A stretch of 64,000 bases of DNA from Hydrolagus colliei. Lineage: Eukaryota. Position 1 is the first letter of the stretch; the number at the start of each line of letters is the position of its first letter. Where the stretch lies: assembly GCA_035084275.1 (NCBI GenBank), contig CM068750.1, positions 9,238,001 through 9,302,000 on the forward strand, in the 5' to 3' direction. The notes beneath the pieces were generated by a model. The model worked only from the letters and a program-made list of their open reading frames with translations, was not told the origin of the DNA and searched no databases. A program made the translations under genes and the position numbers. Shown here in pieces: positions 50,601 to 63,855 of this stretch.

Positions 50601-51317
50601 TGAGTACTTTAGATGTTGTTGGCATTGCATGCGCCTGTAGCATTTCAATAACTTCTGCATATCAATAAATACTAAAAAAAAAGGCATTGTTTTTAATATA
50701 AACAACAAAATGACACGGGTTTAGCGTATTCCACGTCAGGAGGACGTCCCGAGGCACTGTAGTTTGTGTTATATATTTGCATTACAATTTGTATATAACT
50801 GTAGTTTGCTCATATTCACAGTCCAAAGCAAAGACACAACCAAGGAAACACAGCCCAGCCTCGCTGTTACCCCGCAATGAACCGACTGAGATGCAAATGT
50901 ATCATTGATGCATTTTCTGAATTCTCCATTAAAGGTCCCAGAATTAAATGGTGCAAGTGAGTCGCTTAATCCGATCCATGTGATGTGACAGATACGAAAC
51001 GGGACCCAGCAAGACAACGTTAAACAGGTCAGAAGTGTCAGGGAACGTTTGATTTAGGTGTTCAGGAATGAAATACTGTACTGTCCAGTCTCTTGGATCT
51101 AAGGTTTCTTATTAAACGAGATAAACGTCACATGCGACAGTGGATTCGTGTCTGTGTTTGTGTTTGTGTGTGTGTGTGGGGGAGGGTGGGGGGTGGCAGA
51201 TTCATGTTAGTTTGTGAACATTAAATAATGAGTTTATTCGCACAAGTCTGGTCTGATGTAATGGCGATCGCCCTGTCACACAGTGAGTGGGACGAGGTGA
51301 GGTTGAATTATAGTGGG

Positions 51318-51397
51318 CATACATACATACATACATACATAGATGTACTTTATAAATTCCCATTGTGTTTATATATATATATACACACACACACACA
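51318..51397. repeat. (CATA)n and (AT)n(AC)n microsatellites
   Basis: catacatacatacatacatacat ... atatatatatatacacacacacacaca. Confidence 0.85.
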
Positions 51398-53070
51398 TTG
51401 ACTCGATCATAGGCTAATCCAGCTTAGATATTAACTTTGGGATGATAGCCATTTAACAAATCAAAAACAGTAGTTGCCCGCCAAACCAACTTTAATTTAA
51501 TGATTATGTGTTTTCTAATACTACACTGTACCAGCCTGGTTTTTCTCGGGTAACTGTCGCTCAGATTGTGCTGGAAAAATGTGTTTGTGGTTTCAATCCA
51601 GAGACAGGATAAAACGTCTTTCGAAGCTTTCTATTTGGAACTCAATAATATAATCCCAAAACCTCAACACGTATCTTCACGGGGCAGCCCTTCACGCTAA
51701 TTTAATAATTTCAGTCCAGTACACAGGTATTATATTCTTACTTGCTCCATTCATACTTGTACAAAGTGTTGTATCTGTCAAAAAAAAAATCTGGATAATA
51801 TCACCAAGTCTCTGGCATCTGCTTTTCTTTCCTTACCGGGCATCATTGACACGATTAGCAGCATCAAAGTCAAAGTCTAGTTCTCTTTCTGGGTTACATA
51901 AGGAGTTCTCTTTCTGAACTATGGCAGAGGGGGGAAAAACTCTGCAACTTAAAGCTGCTACAAGTGGCTTCAAGCTATTGGAATCACAAGACCAAACCAT
52001 ATTTTTGCTGTGGAAACTGAACGATTGAAGGGGGTGGATCTTCGACACACTGAGAAACAATTACAGGACTTCAGGGCGAAAGGATTGTTAGAGGCACAGG
52101 TGCTTCTCAGATTTAACTGTCTGACTGTCTTGCACTGCATTGCTCACAATAGTGCAGGACAGGCAAGTGGAGAATAATATATATTTTAAATGGTAAGGGT
52201 AATTCACAACCATTGCTCTGCTCTTGGCACTGAGTTGAAGCCAAATAGGATATGTTATCACTCCTCCGAATGAGCTGGATTTTTCTATTTTTTATGGCCA
52301 AACAATGCATCAAAAGACTACAATAGAAATGAGTGAGGGGCTATAAATAAATCCAGATACAATAGAATTTTATTTCTGTTCTTTTCCAAATGCCGCGCCC
52401 AGTCAGAATTGACTCATGCCACGTGAAAGGTATTTATTGAGGCCACTGGTGACTTACTTTGCCGATGAGGCCTACAGTAATGTGTGAACATTATTCCATG
52501 TAATCATCTACCAGCCGTCTAAAAATGTCAAAATCTAGAAAAGATGGTTAATCTTTTCTGTAATGTTTTGTGAAATTAAAGCGAATGCAAAATATCATAA
52601 ATGTATAGAAGCACTGAAAATATACTCAAGCTGAACAGAACACAGAAGCCTTTTTTTAAGAAAAAAGTATCTAAAACTCTTACTGAATTTACAGATCAAC
52701 GCCTCAGAGCTTTGAAAGTACTGAATGCTGATGTGAAAAATCACATACCGTGTGTGAAGTGGTATGTGGACACGCTATAGTGCCCTGGCAACCGATATGG
52801 ACTGGCTTTTAGGGGACTTGGTGGAGCTCACATCCTGAGACTGCAAAGACGAATGTTCCTGGTTTCAGCCAAATGTAGTAAATAGATTAAGTGGTAAAAT
52901 TAACCTGCACCAACTGCACTTCATAAAATGCTCTTTTGAAACACACTATGCATCTGGTTGAAACTAGAGATTTGGAGCCCTGGACCACTCTCCATTGGGA
53001 GCCAGCTACTGACACTGCAGACTGCATGGTGTTAAAGAACTTAGTGCAAACGTATCCATCCAGTAAAATA

Positions 53071-53633
53071 GAATTTTCTACTTTGAAGTTCTGGCTGCTG
53101 TTCAACACCAGAGTCCCTCCCTGGGTTATTAACTACAGTTTGCTATACTATCAGGTGAAATAATATAAGGGTATTCTATTGACAAAGAAATAATCACTCG
53201 TGCAACATTTACTGGCGGACACTGCCATGACAATCCACATAAACGAGCTTTTAAAGCTTTCTCGGCGACTCTTATGACCTTTAGACTATCAGCTCTCCAA
53301 GACTCCTGGTAATCAACAACTTGAAGCCCAATAACCTAGACTTCAACAAGCCCCGAAGTCAAATAAAATTGCTCATTCACCTCCTGGCTGTTTGTGCTAA
53401 TTCATTGCCGCTTTTGCTTACAAATACACAGTCACTACACTTTATAGTATATCTGTGAAACATTTTGAGACATCCTTCTGGCATGAAAGGTACTATACAA
53501 ATGCACAGATCATCGTATATCCTTCCAAAAGTGGGGCATTCAAAACTGGACGCCAAATGAGGTCTGAGCATCCTACCCCATATAAATATATACATAGAAG
53601 ATTTTTATTTGAAAACTTCAAAGTAGAAAATTC
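53071..53633. repeat. Perfect 20-bp inverted repeat pair, possible MITE
   Basis: GAATTTTCTACTTTGAAGTT (53071-53090) and AACTTCAAAGTAGAAAATTC (53614-53633). Confidence 0.7.
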
Positions 53634-54829
53634 AATTAACGCATGTTTGGGCTTGAAAGTTTAGTACTACTATATTTTAAGCACGATCCATACACATTAA
53701 ACAAATCTGGAGTATGAAATAATTGTTCTCTGACTTACAAAACTAGTCCTGCTTACGATATGCAGACTATAAATTATTGAAGAATGTGGAAGCCAGTTCA
53801 AAAATGTATTCCATGGTTTCCTAAATGTGAGATTCCTGCATAATGTTTTGGAGGTGAAACCCGTGTGTATGCATACCCAAACGTCACACAAGAGCAAAGT
53901 AAGTATTTGTATTTCAAAGTAAAGGAAATTCGTAAAACATAACTGATCCTAAAATATTTTCCATATGTTTGGAATCACACACCTAGGCAACGGCAGCAAT
54001 TTTATGAATGGAAATGGAAATGTTGTACCTTATATTTCAGTACTTATAGGACATTATACTGTGTATATTTATAAAATGGTTTTAAATTCATCTTTGCTGC
54101 CCCCTACCATATATTAGTGATGGTGCAATATTGTGCTCCAGCTACTCAACTTCATATGGAAAATTATTTAAGTTCAATTCCTTAAAACATGTTTTGGATT
54201 ATTATAATACAAGCTAAAATTTGCTTTCAATTAGGGTTGCTGGGGTGGTTGTATTTTGTGCAATGTACTACATAGTAACTGGAGATTTTCAATCCACTCT
54301 CACATTCTCAATTTCCACAAATGCTGGTGCACTAAATTCTAAGTCAAAGTGCCTGAGTGTTTCAACTCAAATTATCTCAAATGTGAAGCCATGCCCTGAA
54401 TTATACAGCTTTCCCCAAGGTAAAGATAAAGGACATAGAGCTGGTGAGATAATGAGGGGGAGATCCAATTGTGGTTTTATATACGATGGACAGAAGGTCT
54501 TAGAAGCTGAAGAAACGGTATATGGTGCAGTTTTGGAGCAAAGGATGAGAAGATTTGTGTTGTTTCCAGCACAGTATTACAGTATCTAGGTGTAGAATGT
54601 GTAGAATTTCAGTATCAGAAATTAAGTAGATGTTAAATTAATTAGAAGTTAATAAGTGAATGATAAAGATGAAATTTTGCTAAGGCGTCACAAAGTAACA
54701 TAAGTACAAACATTCATTAAAATAATTGCATTATTTATAACTGCAATAAATCACTGTATTATTTTTACACGTTGTAGTGACTGTTCACAAGAGCACTGAA
54801 GAACTTCAGAAGAAGTGTCTTATCCTTCC

Positions 54830-55420
54830 AGAATACCCATCCACTGACTTCTCAGCACAACTTTGGTTCAACAACCCTTCCTGGTAGCCTGCTCCAGTCA
54901 TTAATTACCCTCTGAATAAAACATACTTCCTGTTGTCTGTCTGAAATTGCTCCTTGCAACCTTAAATCTGTATTCTCTTATTCCGCTGGCTTGGTACAAC
55001 TGAAATAATTGTTCTCAGTTTACTGTCTCAATTCCATTTGAAATCTTGTCTCCCTCCATTCAACCCCATCTGAGATGTCTCGTTTCAAGAATGAAGAGTT
55101 TTACCTTGTCAAATTATTATTCATAGCCAATGCATTTTAATACAATCATCCTTGTTACATTGCCTCTAAGGCTTGGGCAGCCCCCTTAACATACTGAACT
55201 ATATCTAGTATACTAGATGTAGCCTGGCTAAAGCACTAAATTGGTTAAGTATGACTTCTGCGGAATTAGTACTCATCTGATTTAATAATAAAGGCCACAA
55301 ACCTGATGCTTATTTGTTGCTGCTTCACACTGTTTTGACAAAAGTGAGCAATAAGACAACTAACATTCCTAGATCTTTTCCACCTTTCCTTTTGGCAAGT
55401 TCTCTCCCATCCATAGTGTA
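54830..55420 (-). mobile_element. CR1-like LINE 3' fragment
   Basis: caacaacccttcctggtagcctgctccagtcattaattaccctctg...accttaaatctgt, the typical antisense CR1 3' region. Confidence 0.6.
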
Positions 55421-55880
55421 CATGTTTCTTGTTCTTCCTATATTATTTTGCCCCCAAATAGTTCGCCCACAAATATGCAGTGAATTCACTTTACAGTATT
55501 GTATATTCCGTGAAGCGCTTTGAGACGTTGATAAGATGTGAAAGGCACTATATCAAATGCAAGGATTATTATACAAGCAAATGCTACAGAGGTGATTGAT
55601 AAATATGTGCCTTGAAGTGGTAGGAGTTGGATGAGGTGGAATATTTACCAGTATTTTGCATATAAAATACTGTAACCACATTTTAAAGTAAATCTTGTTA
55701 CTACTTTGAGGTGCTTTTCTCATAGGAAATGCCTTATATCTTTTTCTTTTCTTTGATTACATTGAGAGAACGCCATGATTCTTTCCAAAATAGTGCATGA
55801 GATCATCAACTCTACATGAACCAGCAAATGGGACATCAGTTTATTGCTTGGCTTCTCCAACAATCCAATGCAAACATATT

Positions 55881-56216
55881 ATAATAAAATAATAATCCTT
55901 GAATTTGATATAATACTTTGCACATCTTCTAGACATCTCAAAGTTCTTCATAGAGTATACTGTAAAGTAAATTGACAGTATATTTATGGGCAAAACGTGG
56001 CAGCCAATTGTGCACAGCAGTGTCCCACAAACAGTTGTGGATTAGTGACCAAAGTGACCCTGGAAAAGTGATCCACAAATTCACTAACAACCAGGTTCCA
56101 ACTTACTGCTAGGTAAACAGAGGCGTGTGGAGTAAGGAAACTTACCCAACATTTCGCCCTGCTGGGAATCGAACTCAAGTCTCCCGAGTGCTCTAACTAC
56201 TGAGGTACAGGACTCC
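55881..56216 (-). mobile_element. Same SINE family, long variant, nested in an older SINE
   Basis: Reverse complement of the full element, ending ...gaggtacaggactcc. Confidence 0.9.
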
Positions 56217-57589
56217 AGCATTGCTGCACTGTAGCTAGTTTAAATTATAACCTCAAGTTCTTGTATGAGTCTCACACCTGCAGCTTTCTGCTCCAATGAT
56301 AAGAAATCTTACCAAATGAGCCAGACTGACATTTGTACCTCTTAATTGTAACATTTCTCATGTTAAAGTACTTGGAAGGATTCAGCTAAATAGTAGATGT
56401 GTATTTTATGTCCTCCCGATGTGAAAGGCTCTATACAAATATAACATTGTTGTTATCAAATACAATAACTGTATTAAGAGTAACCAATATCAACCTAAAT
56501 AACACATCTCTGTTAAAACTAAATACTATGTGCTATTAACAGTAGTATTAACATGTCTAAGTTTGTATACATCTGACAACACTTGCACTTTTGCAGGTAG
56601 CAAGAGTTGCTGTTGCTGCCCCCCAGTGGATTTTAAATGGTAAATTCCTTGCAAGGACCAACTTGTTTACTGGTTAGAGATAGTTTGGCCTGCAGCAAAG
56701 TGATAAATGTTACCATAAAACAGTGTGAGTTATTTAGCTTTGCCATTGTGAACATCATGATGTCTCATTTGTTCAAATGCAAAAAGAAAACAATTTTGTC
56801 TGCAGTTTTAGTGCCTTGCGAAGTCCTTCCGACGTAAAAGACACTATACAAGTGTAATTTTGTTGTTGTTTTGTGGTTAGCCTGAGTGGAAAATAATAAA
56901 GTAGTACCTTATTTCTGGGATTTTTAAAATTATGCTTCACTGCTTGGCTTCTACTATATTCTTCTCTGCTATGTATAGAAACTAGAAATGTGTATTTATT
57001 GTCTGGAGCAATAAATTACTGTTTAAATACATTTATAACACTTTATCAATTCATTGAAATGTGTTAAAGAACTTCACAGTATTTATTCAGTGTAGTGACT
57101 ATATATATTGTCAACCAGTGGTTGCCAACCTTTTCGGCCATCCAACAAAATACATTTTTTTGATTGAATATTTCTTGATTTACAATAAGAACAAAATTAC
57201 TTTTGTGTGACACCTGCCTTTCACATTGGGAGGACATCCCAAGGCATTGGACAGTCAGTGTTTCAGATTGGGGAGGGTGGAGGGAAGGGAGGTGAGGTTG
57301 ACTGAAGGCACCATCGAAGAGGAGTGTCTTGAGGCGGGACTTTAAGGAAGCTCAGGAGGGGTGAAGTTACTTACCTAGTGCAAATGTTTGGCAGGCCCAC
57401 AGGCCTTGAGTTAAGCCACCACTGTTGCAGGTGAATGTGGTAGCCAATTTGCACACAACTATAACTATTCTGTTAGGTTATGGGGGGAAAGCTGGGCAGT
57501 AGGATTGAGTTGCTCTGTTCAAAGAGCCAGCACAGACTAGATGGGCTGAATGGCCTCCTTTTGTGCCATATAATTCTATGATTCTATTC

Positions 57590-57990
57590 CCACAAACATC
57601 TAAGTAAATGACCATTTTTAGCTGGAGAATTGTTGGCCAGGATACCAGGCGAAAGTCTGTTCTTTTTTGACAGTACCTTAGTACAGTAGCTTTAATACCA
57701 GTACCTTGGGACATCCCCTTGACGTGAAAGGAGCTATAACAAATATAATTTTGTGACCAATTTTGTTGTCAATATCCGCCTGAAGAAAATGTTGGTTTGA
57801 TTGAATATTTCATGGTTGATGGGGTAAATCATAAACCAATAAATATTTATTTTTTCAATGAAAATATATTTGTTGCCTGACAAAAGACATTGGTCACCAC
57901 TGGCCGAGGCTGTGAGCTCAAAGGTCTGATGTGAGGCTTGAACCCACATTCTGAATCAGTGGCAAAAATCATACCGATCATGCCAACCCA
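57590..57990 (-). mobile_element. Old diverged Deu-type SINE fragments with inserted L2 tail
   Basis: cccacaaac...ttgttggccaggatacc and ggcttgaacccacattctgaatcag. Confidence 0.5.
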
Positions 57991-58189
57991 TCATCCTTTC
58001 ACCATATATTTTACATCACATGTGTGACCTGAAAGTAATGGTTTATATACAGCAGCTCATTCTCACTAGATTCAGTTGACAGAATGTTAAAAATATGGCA
58101 TGGGATGCACATACTCAAGTAGTTGGATGTCAACCAATCCTAGTAAAATAAACTTCACAAACCCCCCCCCTCCCCCTGGCATCTTGTGC

Positions 58190-58560
58190 CTGGCTGAGAT
58201 ACAGTAGCACTCTTGCAATTTAGACGGTTGTACGTTCAAAATTCTATCTGACAGGGTTCTATCTGACATTATGCTGACAATCCAAAGCCGTGTTGTGATT
58301 GTGTTGCATGATTGGAGACCGCCATACCTTGGATGAGTTATTAAAGAGCCTAAAGCGTTGCTCTAAAAGTTTTTCCTGACGTCCTGGCTCACTTGCTCAG
58401 ATAAAATTGGTCAGTTTGTATTGCCTGTTTATGGGACATCACTGTACACAAATCAGCTGAAGCATTCGGCTGAAAGTCACTGCTCAGCAAATCCTATGAA
58501 GAGCTTTGAGATGTCTTGCAGATGTGAACTATAGCAAATGCAAGGGTTGTTACTGCTATT
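58190..58560 (+). mobile_element. Old diverged Deu-type SINE
   Basis: Degenerate head (tggctgag...tagcactcttgc), ggatgag...ttaaa, gtcctggc, ctgtttatgggac core and L2-type tail. Confidence 0.6.
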
Positions 58561-60251
58561 ATTAAACACTTACAAACAAGGCCCCCAAATTGATAATTCA
58601 GCGGATATGGAATTTAACGTGTATCATATTTGAGGATCCCAGATCATATACTTTGTCAGTTACCTCAACAATCACACGCTCAGGAAAAACAAGTTGGTCT
58701 TATTTCAGCAATTCTAAGAGCTGAGCAGGAAACTGACTTTTTTTCCCCTACAAGTTACAGAACTATGAATTACTTGATTCCACTGGACCATGCTCTTTGG
58801 GTTCCACTGGATGAATTGTCCTTCCTCATGCCTGAAGAGTGAAATTCACAACACAAGCTGAAAAGAGTAGAACAAAAAGATCTACCATCTATTAAAGGAT
58901 CAGTCCATATCTTTGGCTTCAGGGAAAAGGAAGAGATGAGCCAACTACTACCATATCTAAATTGCCTGATTCCTAGCATGTGGAATTGACTAAAAGCAAT
59001 TGCATATGCTTGAAGACAAGAACCTGAATAAACTAGCTCTTTTAACAATGGTGTGAGTGTAAGATACCAGATGAAAAATGTATTTCAACATCTAATGTTC
59101 ATTTATAAAAAGCCAATATGATGAGCTCATAATTTAGATAATTTAAAGGAAAATGAATAATTTCTACACATCTTAAATTACTTATGTACTAAAGTACTAA
59201 AATTTAAACATCTTGGGACAATATGTAGTACCTTTACCAAACTTGGATTAAGTAGTTAACTTGGCACAAATTTGTTAAAATACTGATAAAATAATAAACA
59301 CATGTCTTAGAATTTGAGTACTTGGAAGATTTTCAATAACTTTTCCCCTGCACTTCTGCCATTGCACACGCCAGAAAACATTAGTCTCAAGTATGGTACA
59401 GGTACAGTGCTCTTTTTTTAAAAAAAATGGCAGGGTACCAATCTTCCAATATCTCCCTTGCTCTACTTCAAACAATGGCTGTAGGAATAGTGAAGGATGT
59501 TGGCTATATAGTTTGGATAAAATGATAGATCAATACCTATACTCTATTCTTTCCTGACGTTGCTACTATGTAGTTACTTGCACCATCCCAAAATACCTTT
59601 TGGGAAAAACATTTGTTTAAGGGTTGAACTATGTAATTGAATACAGATCTTATGGGTTCCTGAAAGGAAATTACCTGGAAGTTATGATTAAACATACAAC
59701 TAGAAAGGTAAAGAAATGGTAAGCAAACCAGAAAGCACTGGATCCCATTATAATTTCAAATGCACACGTTCCAAGAACTTACCCAACAAAGTCACAGTGC
59801 TCTTACAAGCTGCTTTGATTTATTATCAACTTAAAAATTGTCAGTTCTTCAAGATAATGTACCCTATTCAACAGAAAAATACATCAGTTTAAGGTTTACT
59901 ATTGTAAAAGCTTTTTATCTGGTGAGATATGAACAGAACTAATGTTTTTCTTCTACGTTTCTGGCAATGAGTTCCACATTCCTAACACCCTCCTTGCGAA
60001 GAAGTTCCTCCTTAACTCGCTATCTACAAGCAACTATCCTATATTTTAAGTTCAGACAAATCCTCCAATCTAGATACAATTTGTTGCAAAATCACTGGGA
60101 TGTCTGTTCCTGGAATAAAATATTGTAAGTTTTTTTTTAAATGGAGAAACATGTTCTCAAAAGGAAATGACAAAGATGGCCCTTTGAAGATGAACATGTT
60201 AAGTATCATCAGAACATTAAACCATGCAACAAATGAGAATGCAAAATCAGT

Positions 60252-60257
60252 TTTATT
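60252..60257 (-). terminator. Candidate ARHGAP11A polyadenylation signal
   Basis: Minus-strand AATAAA about 0.9 kb after the stop, at the end of an AU-rich tract. Other AATAAA hexamers exist nearby. Confidence 0.4.
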
Positions 60258-61178
60258 CCAAGTTTCAAATTCTGCTCATATAAATTACTGAGTGCTGTAA
60301 ACATTTATCCACACACTCAAAACAAGTTCAGACTGATTTGAATATTCTCTTGCAGTTTGCATTCATTCTCTTAAATTAAAGTACAATGATATCACTGGAA
60401 ATATTACAGTAAAATAAAATAAAGCAAACAATGTTTTTTTTAAAAAAGGTAAGACATGAAGGTAAATTGTACATGAACCGTATTTTCCAAAATGACAAAG
60501 CAACATCACCAGTTTCAGTATTACAAGCTGAACCATACAATTCAGCACTGATATCCCTGCGTATTTAAAATTCTACATTAAAATACAGTGCATCTTGTTT
60601 AAGAATACAGGTTATAACAAAACAGCAGAAAACTGCTAACCAAGACTGGAGGTGAAAAGATTTCTTAGTATCTGCTGCAAAAAATGTTTTAGTAGATTTG
60701 AGCGAGGCAGGAAAATCTAGTAGCGTATGCTTGCTATTGTTTCAGACCTGATCGATGAGCAATGTTTTACAATGATTTATTATTTTGGAGCCAGAGGCTC
60801 CAAAAAAGTTTAAATTTTCCAGCAAATGTTAGTTCACGTTAGTGAAACTTTTGTGGAACTAGCTTGATATCTACTAAATGGTTATATTAATTGTAAAAGC
60901 TAGCTAAAAAAATGTAAAATAGCTGCTATTAATTAACCAAAAGGATTGAAACAGGACATGGATATAACCAATGGAAAATACATACATGTAAGAAATACTA
61001 AAAAGTACAAAAACACAGTTATTGCAATAATAGAAAACAATTTCAATTGCTATACAAAATTCCAGCATCCCAAGTAATTGTAACCTGATAAATTACATGT
61101 TGAAGCTAATATTAGGAGCCCAACTTGTGCAATTAAATGCATCAACAGCAGCAATGCAGAATCTCCAGAGAATATATT

Positions 61179-62833
61179 TCACACATTTATTGATTCTTTC
61201 GCTGCTAGAAGCTTAGCTGATATAGGGTATTTTGGTGAACCCCTGTAACGGATTTTTTCTTTTTCAGAGATTCTGTTCAGCAAGGAATGAGACGGGGGTT
61301 TTTCTGGAGTTTTACACAGCATTTTCTCAACAATTACATCTTGCTTTAGAGACACTTTCCGGTTTGTCAAATCTTCAAAAACTGACTGTTTGGTGCTCTG
61401 CTGGCAGCTCATAATGGCAGCAGAACATTCTGCCTCTTTTCCTGATTTAGTTTGGCAAAAACCTTCAATAAATAAACTACTTTTGTGCACATTTCTTTCT
61501 TCATTTGGCTTTACACTCGTCTTTTTTGTGTTTGCAGCTGAATCCGGGAAATGTTTTAAGCATGGTTCTGTGCAAGATGAAAAGAGGCTTACTGATTTTA
61601 CTATTGGAGAGTCAGCAGCAACATGTTGACATGATCTGGTTGTATTTGTTGTTGATTTAACATGCAATGAATTCATTCTTTTAACAGACTGACGAACTGA
61701 AGTGCGCTTAAAAGTTAAAGGTGTTTTAACAAATTTGGATTTTGGTGCCTGATCATTTAATGAAAGAGTATTAAACCGTTGAATATGCTCAACCACTTTT
61801 AATTGATGGGCATATTCAGTCTCTCCATCAGGATTTCGCAAAATCTTTCCTGAAGTAATATTCAATTGAGGTGCAATTGAAGGGGATTCTAAACCTACAG
61901 ACAGTGAACTTACATCCGTTTTCTGATTTAACATAGGCTCCAATTGATGAGGTAAGAGTTGGGACGTTTGCAATTCAAGGGTACAATTAACATCTGCATC
62001 TAGAGATTTTGGTGGAGTTAGATTCTCTACAAGAATGTTGGCATTTTCATTTTGTTCAGAACTTGATGACTCCTGATTAGTTTTACACACAGCAGTTGAA
62101 TCACTTGTATTGTTTAATAAAGGCATCATGGCACACTTCAAAGTTGTTGTTTGCTTTTCCTTTAAATTTGCCTCATCCTCAGCTGCAGGTGGAAAGTCTA
62201 GTTCTTTTTCTTGCTGCATAACTTCATCGATATTCTGCTGGTCCAGATTATTGATAAATGTTTGGTTATTTATGCCATGTGTTTTGCTTACATCTGCTGC
62301 GCACTGATATAGTTTGGCTTCTTGAAGCTTTACTTCAGCTACTGGTTTTGATGAAAATTCAGAGCATGGCCATTTCCGGTCAGACAAATCTTCAAATGAT
62401 CTAGCAGATTTCAGAGGAGTGAAACTCTGGCTCTCCGATAATAGTTTGTCTTTGGGTAAATCGTCCACAATAGGTCTGCTGTCTTCAATCAGAGAACAAA
62501 GATTACTCCCTGATTCTGAAAATGCCTTCTTAATTTTCAACACAGTCTCTTCTGCCACAATGTTCCCATCCTCATCTAAATAGTCTTTGCTTTTAGCTGA
62601 GCTTTGGCTACTCAATTCCTCCAGTATAGTTGGTGGCTTTCCAGTGACTAGGACAGGTTCTGATTGATAACTTCTGGAATTTAGATACCCCCCTAAAGGT
62701 GTTCCCATATCAACATGATCACAAAATACATTAGACCCTATAGGACTGACACCATTCCAAGACATTCGATGTGTATCCTTATTAAATGCCGGAGTAAGAA
62801 GGTTTTCTTCTGATTTACTAACATGCTTTGAAC
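61179..62833 (-). CDS. ARHGAP11A: Rho GTPase-activating protein 11A, large last coding exon
   Basis: Acceptor tacttctttcttttcag|GT TCA AAG; 1655 nt to the stop. Motifs SKSEENLLTP, RMSW, KAFSESGSNL, EHIQRFNTLSLN, KTPLTFKRTSVRQSVKRMNSL, SPIVKSVS, DLTN and YRGSPKYPI match the recalled ARHGAP11A C-terminus. Syntenic with GREM1. Confidence 0.95.
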
Positions 62834-63299
62834 CTGAAAAGAAAGAAGTAAATAGAAACAAATTCCAAATTAAAAGCATTCAAAGTTTAAGATGTTAAGC
62901 AGGCTTTTGGAATGTTCCCAACACAGTCCATTGACTTTACAGTATATTCTGTGAAGCACCTTGAAACGTCGATACGATGCGAAAAGCACTATATCAAATG
63001 CAAGGATTATTATTATTACTTCAAAATTTGGATTGAATATATAAAGAGTAGATAATGCAACATTAAGTAGTCTTCAGAACCCAATTTTGAAGTGTGGTAT
63101 GTTAGCTAAAACTCATTTAGCACAACGGTCTATAATATGTGATCCATGTCATGAGTATTGAGGAGTGTTTGAAAAATATAGGGTTTCAGCCCATATCAGC
63201 AGATGGAATTGAAGAAGAAACACAACAGCATTTTTTAATGAACTTAACTAGTGCCTGCAGATGGTTAAGAACAAAAGTAAAATCTTAATTAACACATAC

Positions 63300-63447
63300 A
63301 CTTTGTGTTTTTGTGCCTTGCAGCTGGACTGAATGCAAGATCTTCCACTGGGAACCGAATGGAATCATCCGTCTCGTGCTGATTAGCAAGTCGTATGCCA
63401 ATATTTTCTGAACTTTTTGGAGCTGAACATCCAGAAGAGAATATATT
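63300..63447 (-). CDS. ARHGAP11A: ARHGAP11A penultimate exon, 148 nt
   Basis: tttatctacag|AAT ATA...AAG T|gtatgt. Translates to NIFSSGCSAPKSSENIGIRLANQHETDDSIRFPVEDLAFSPAARHKNTK (compare VGWRLANQ...LLFSP). Phase 0 to 1 fits the flanking exons. Confidence 0.9.
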
Positions 63448-63749
63448 CTGTAGATAAACATTAAACAATATACCAACTTTGGTTGAAAATATTGAGTTGT
63501 TAGCGCATATTAACCCTCCCTCATCACTTCAGTTAAGGATGGTTAGCAACAATTAGTATTGCTATAACTTCACAGATCACCAATTAAGAGCTGTTCAACT
63601 TTTTTGCGAGCTTTTAAAGTAACAACTGTTTTCCTAAAGTGCTTGGAACATTTAGGGCAGCCTGCTAGTCAACTTGTATAATCGCTTATGATGTTTCAAA
63701 CTCCCCTTGCGAAAAGCACTATATAAATGTAATTTGTATTGTAACTTAC

Positions 63750-63855
63750 CGTATCTCTGATTTTTCCAAGGCCAAACCTTAAACGTAATGACTTGCGTAC
63801 AATTTCTTTTCGACTCACTCTGGGAGAAAAGCATCCAGCTTTTCCAGACTCCAGC
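63750..63855 (-). CDS. ARHGAP11A: ARHGAP11A internal exon, 106 nt
   Basis: ttgtcttgtag|G CTG GAG...GAT ACG|gtaagt. Translates to (R)[35 protein letters not shown] (compare [32 protein letters not shown]). Confidence 0.94.

Noticed and set aside
54221-54589. 122-aa ORF, and other 60-140 aa ORFs in introns and intergenic DNA (e.g. 25368-26039, 26571-26987, 51833-52060)
   Set aside because: No recognisable domains, mostly non-ATG starts, and lengths expected by chance.
62834-62879. N-terminal MLLIWNLFLFTSFFS of the 566-aa ORF
   Set aside because: Intronic polypyrimidine tract; the true exon starts at 62833.
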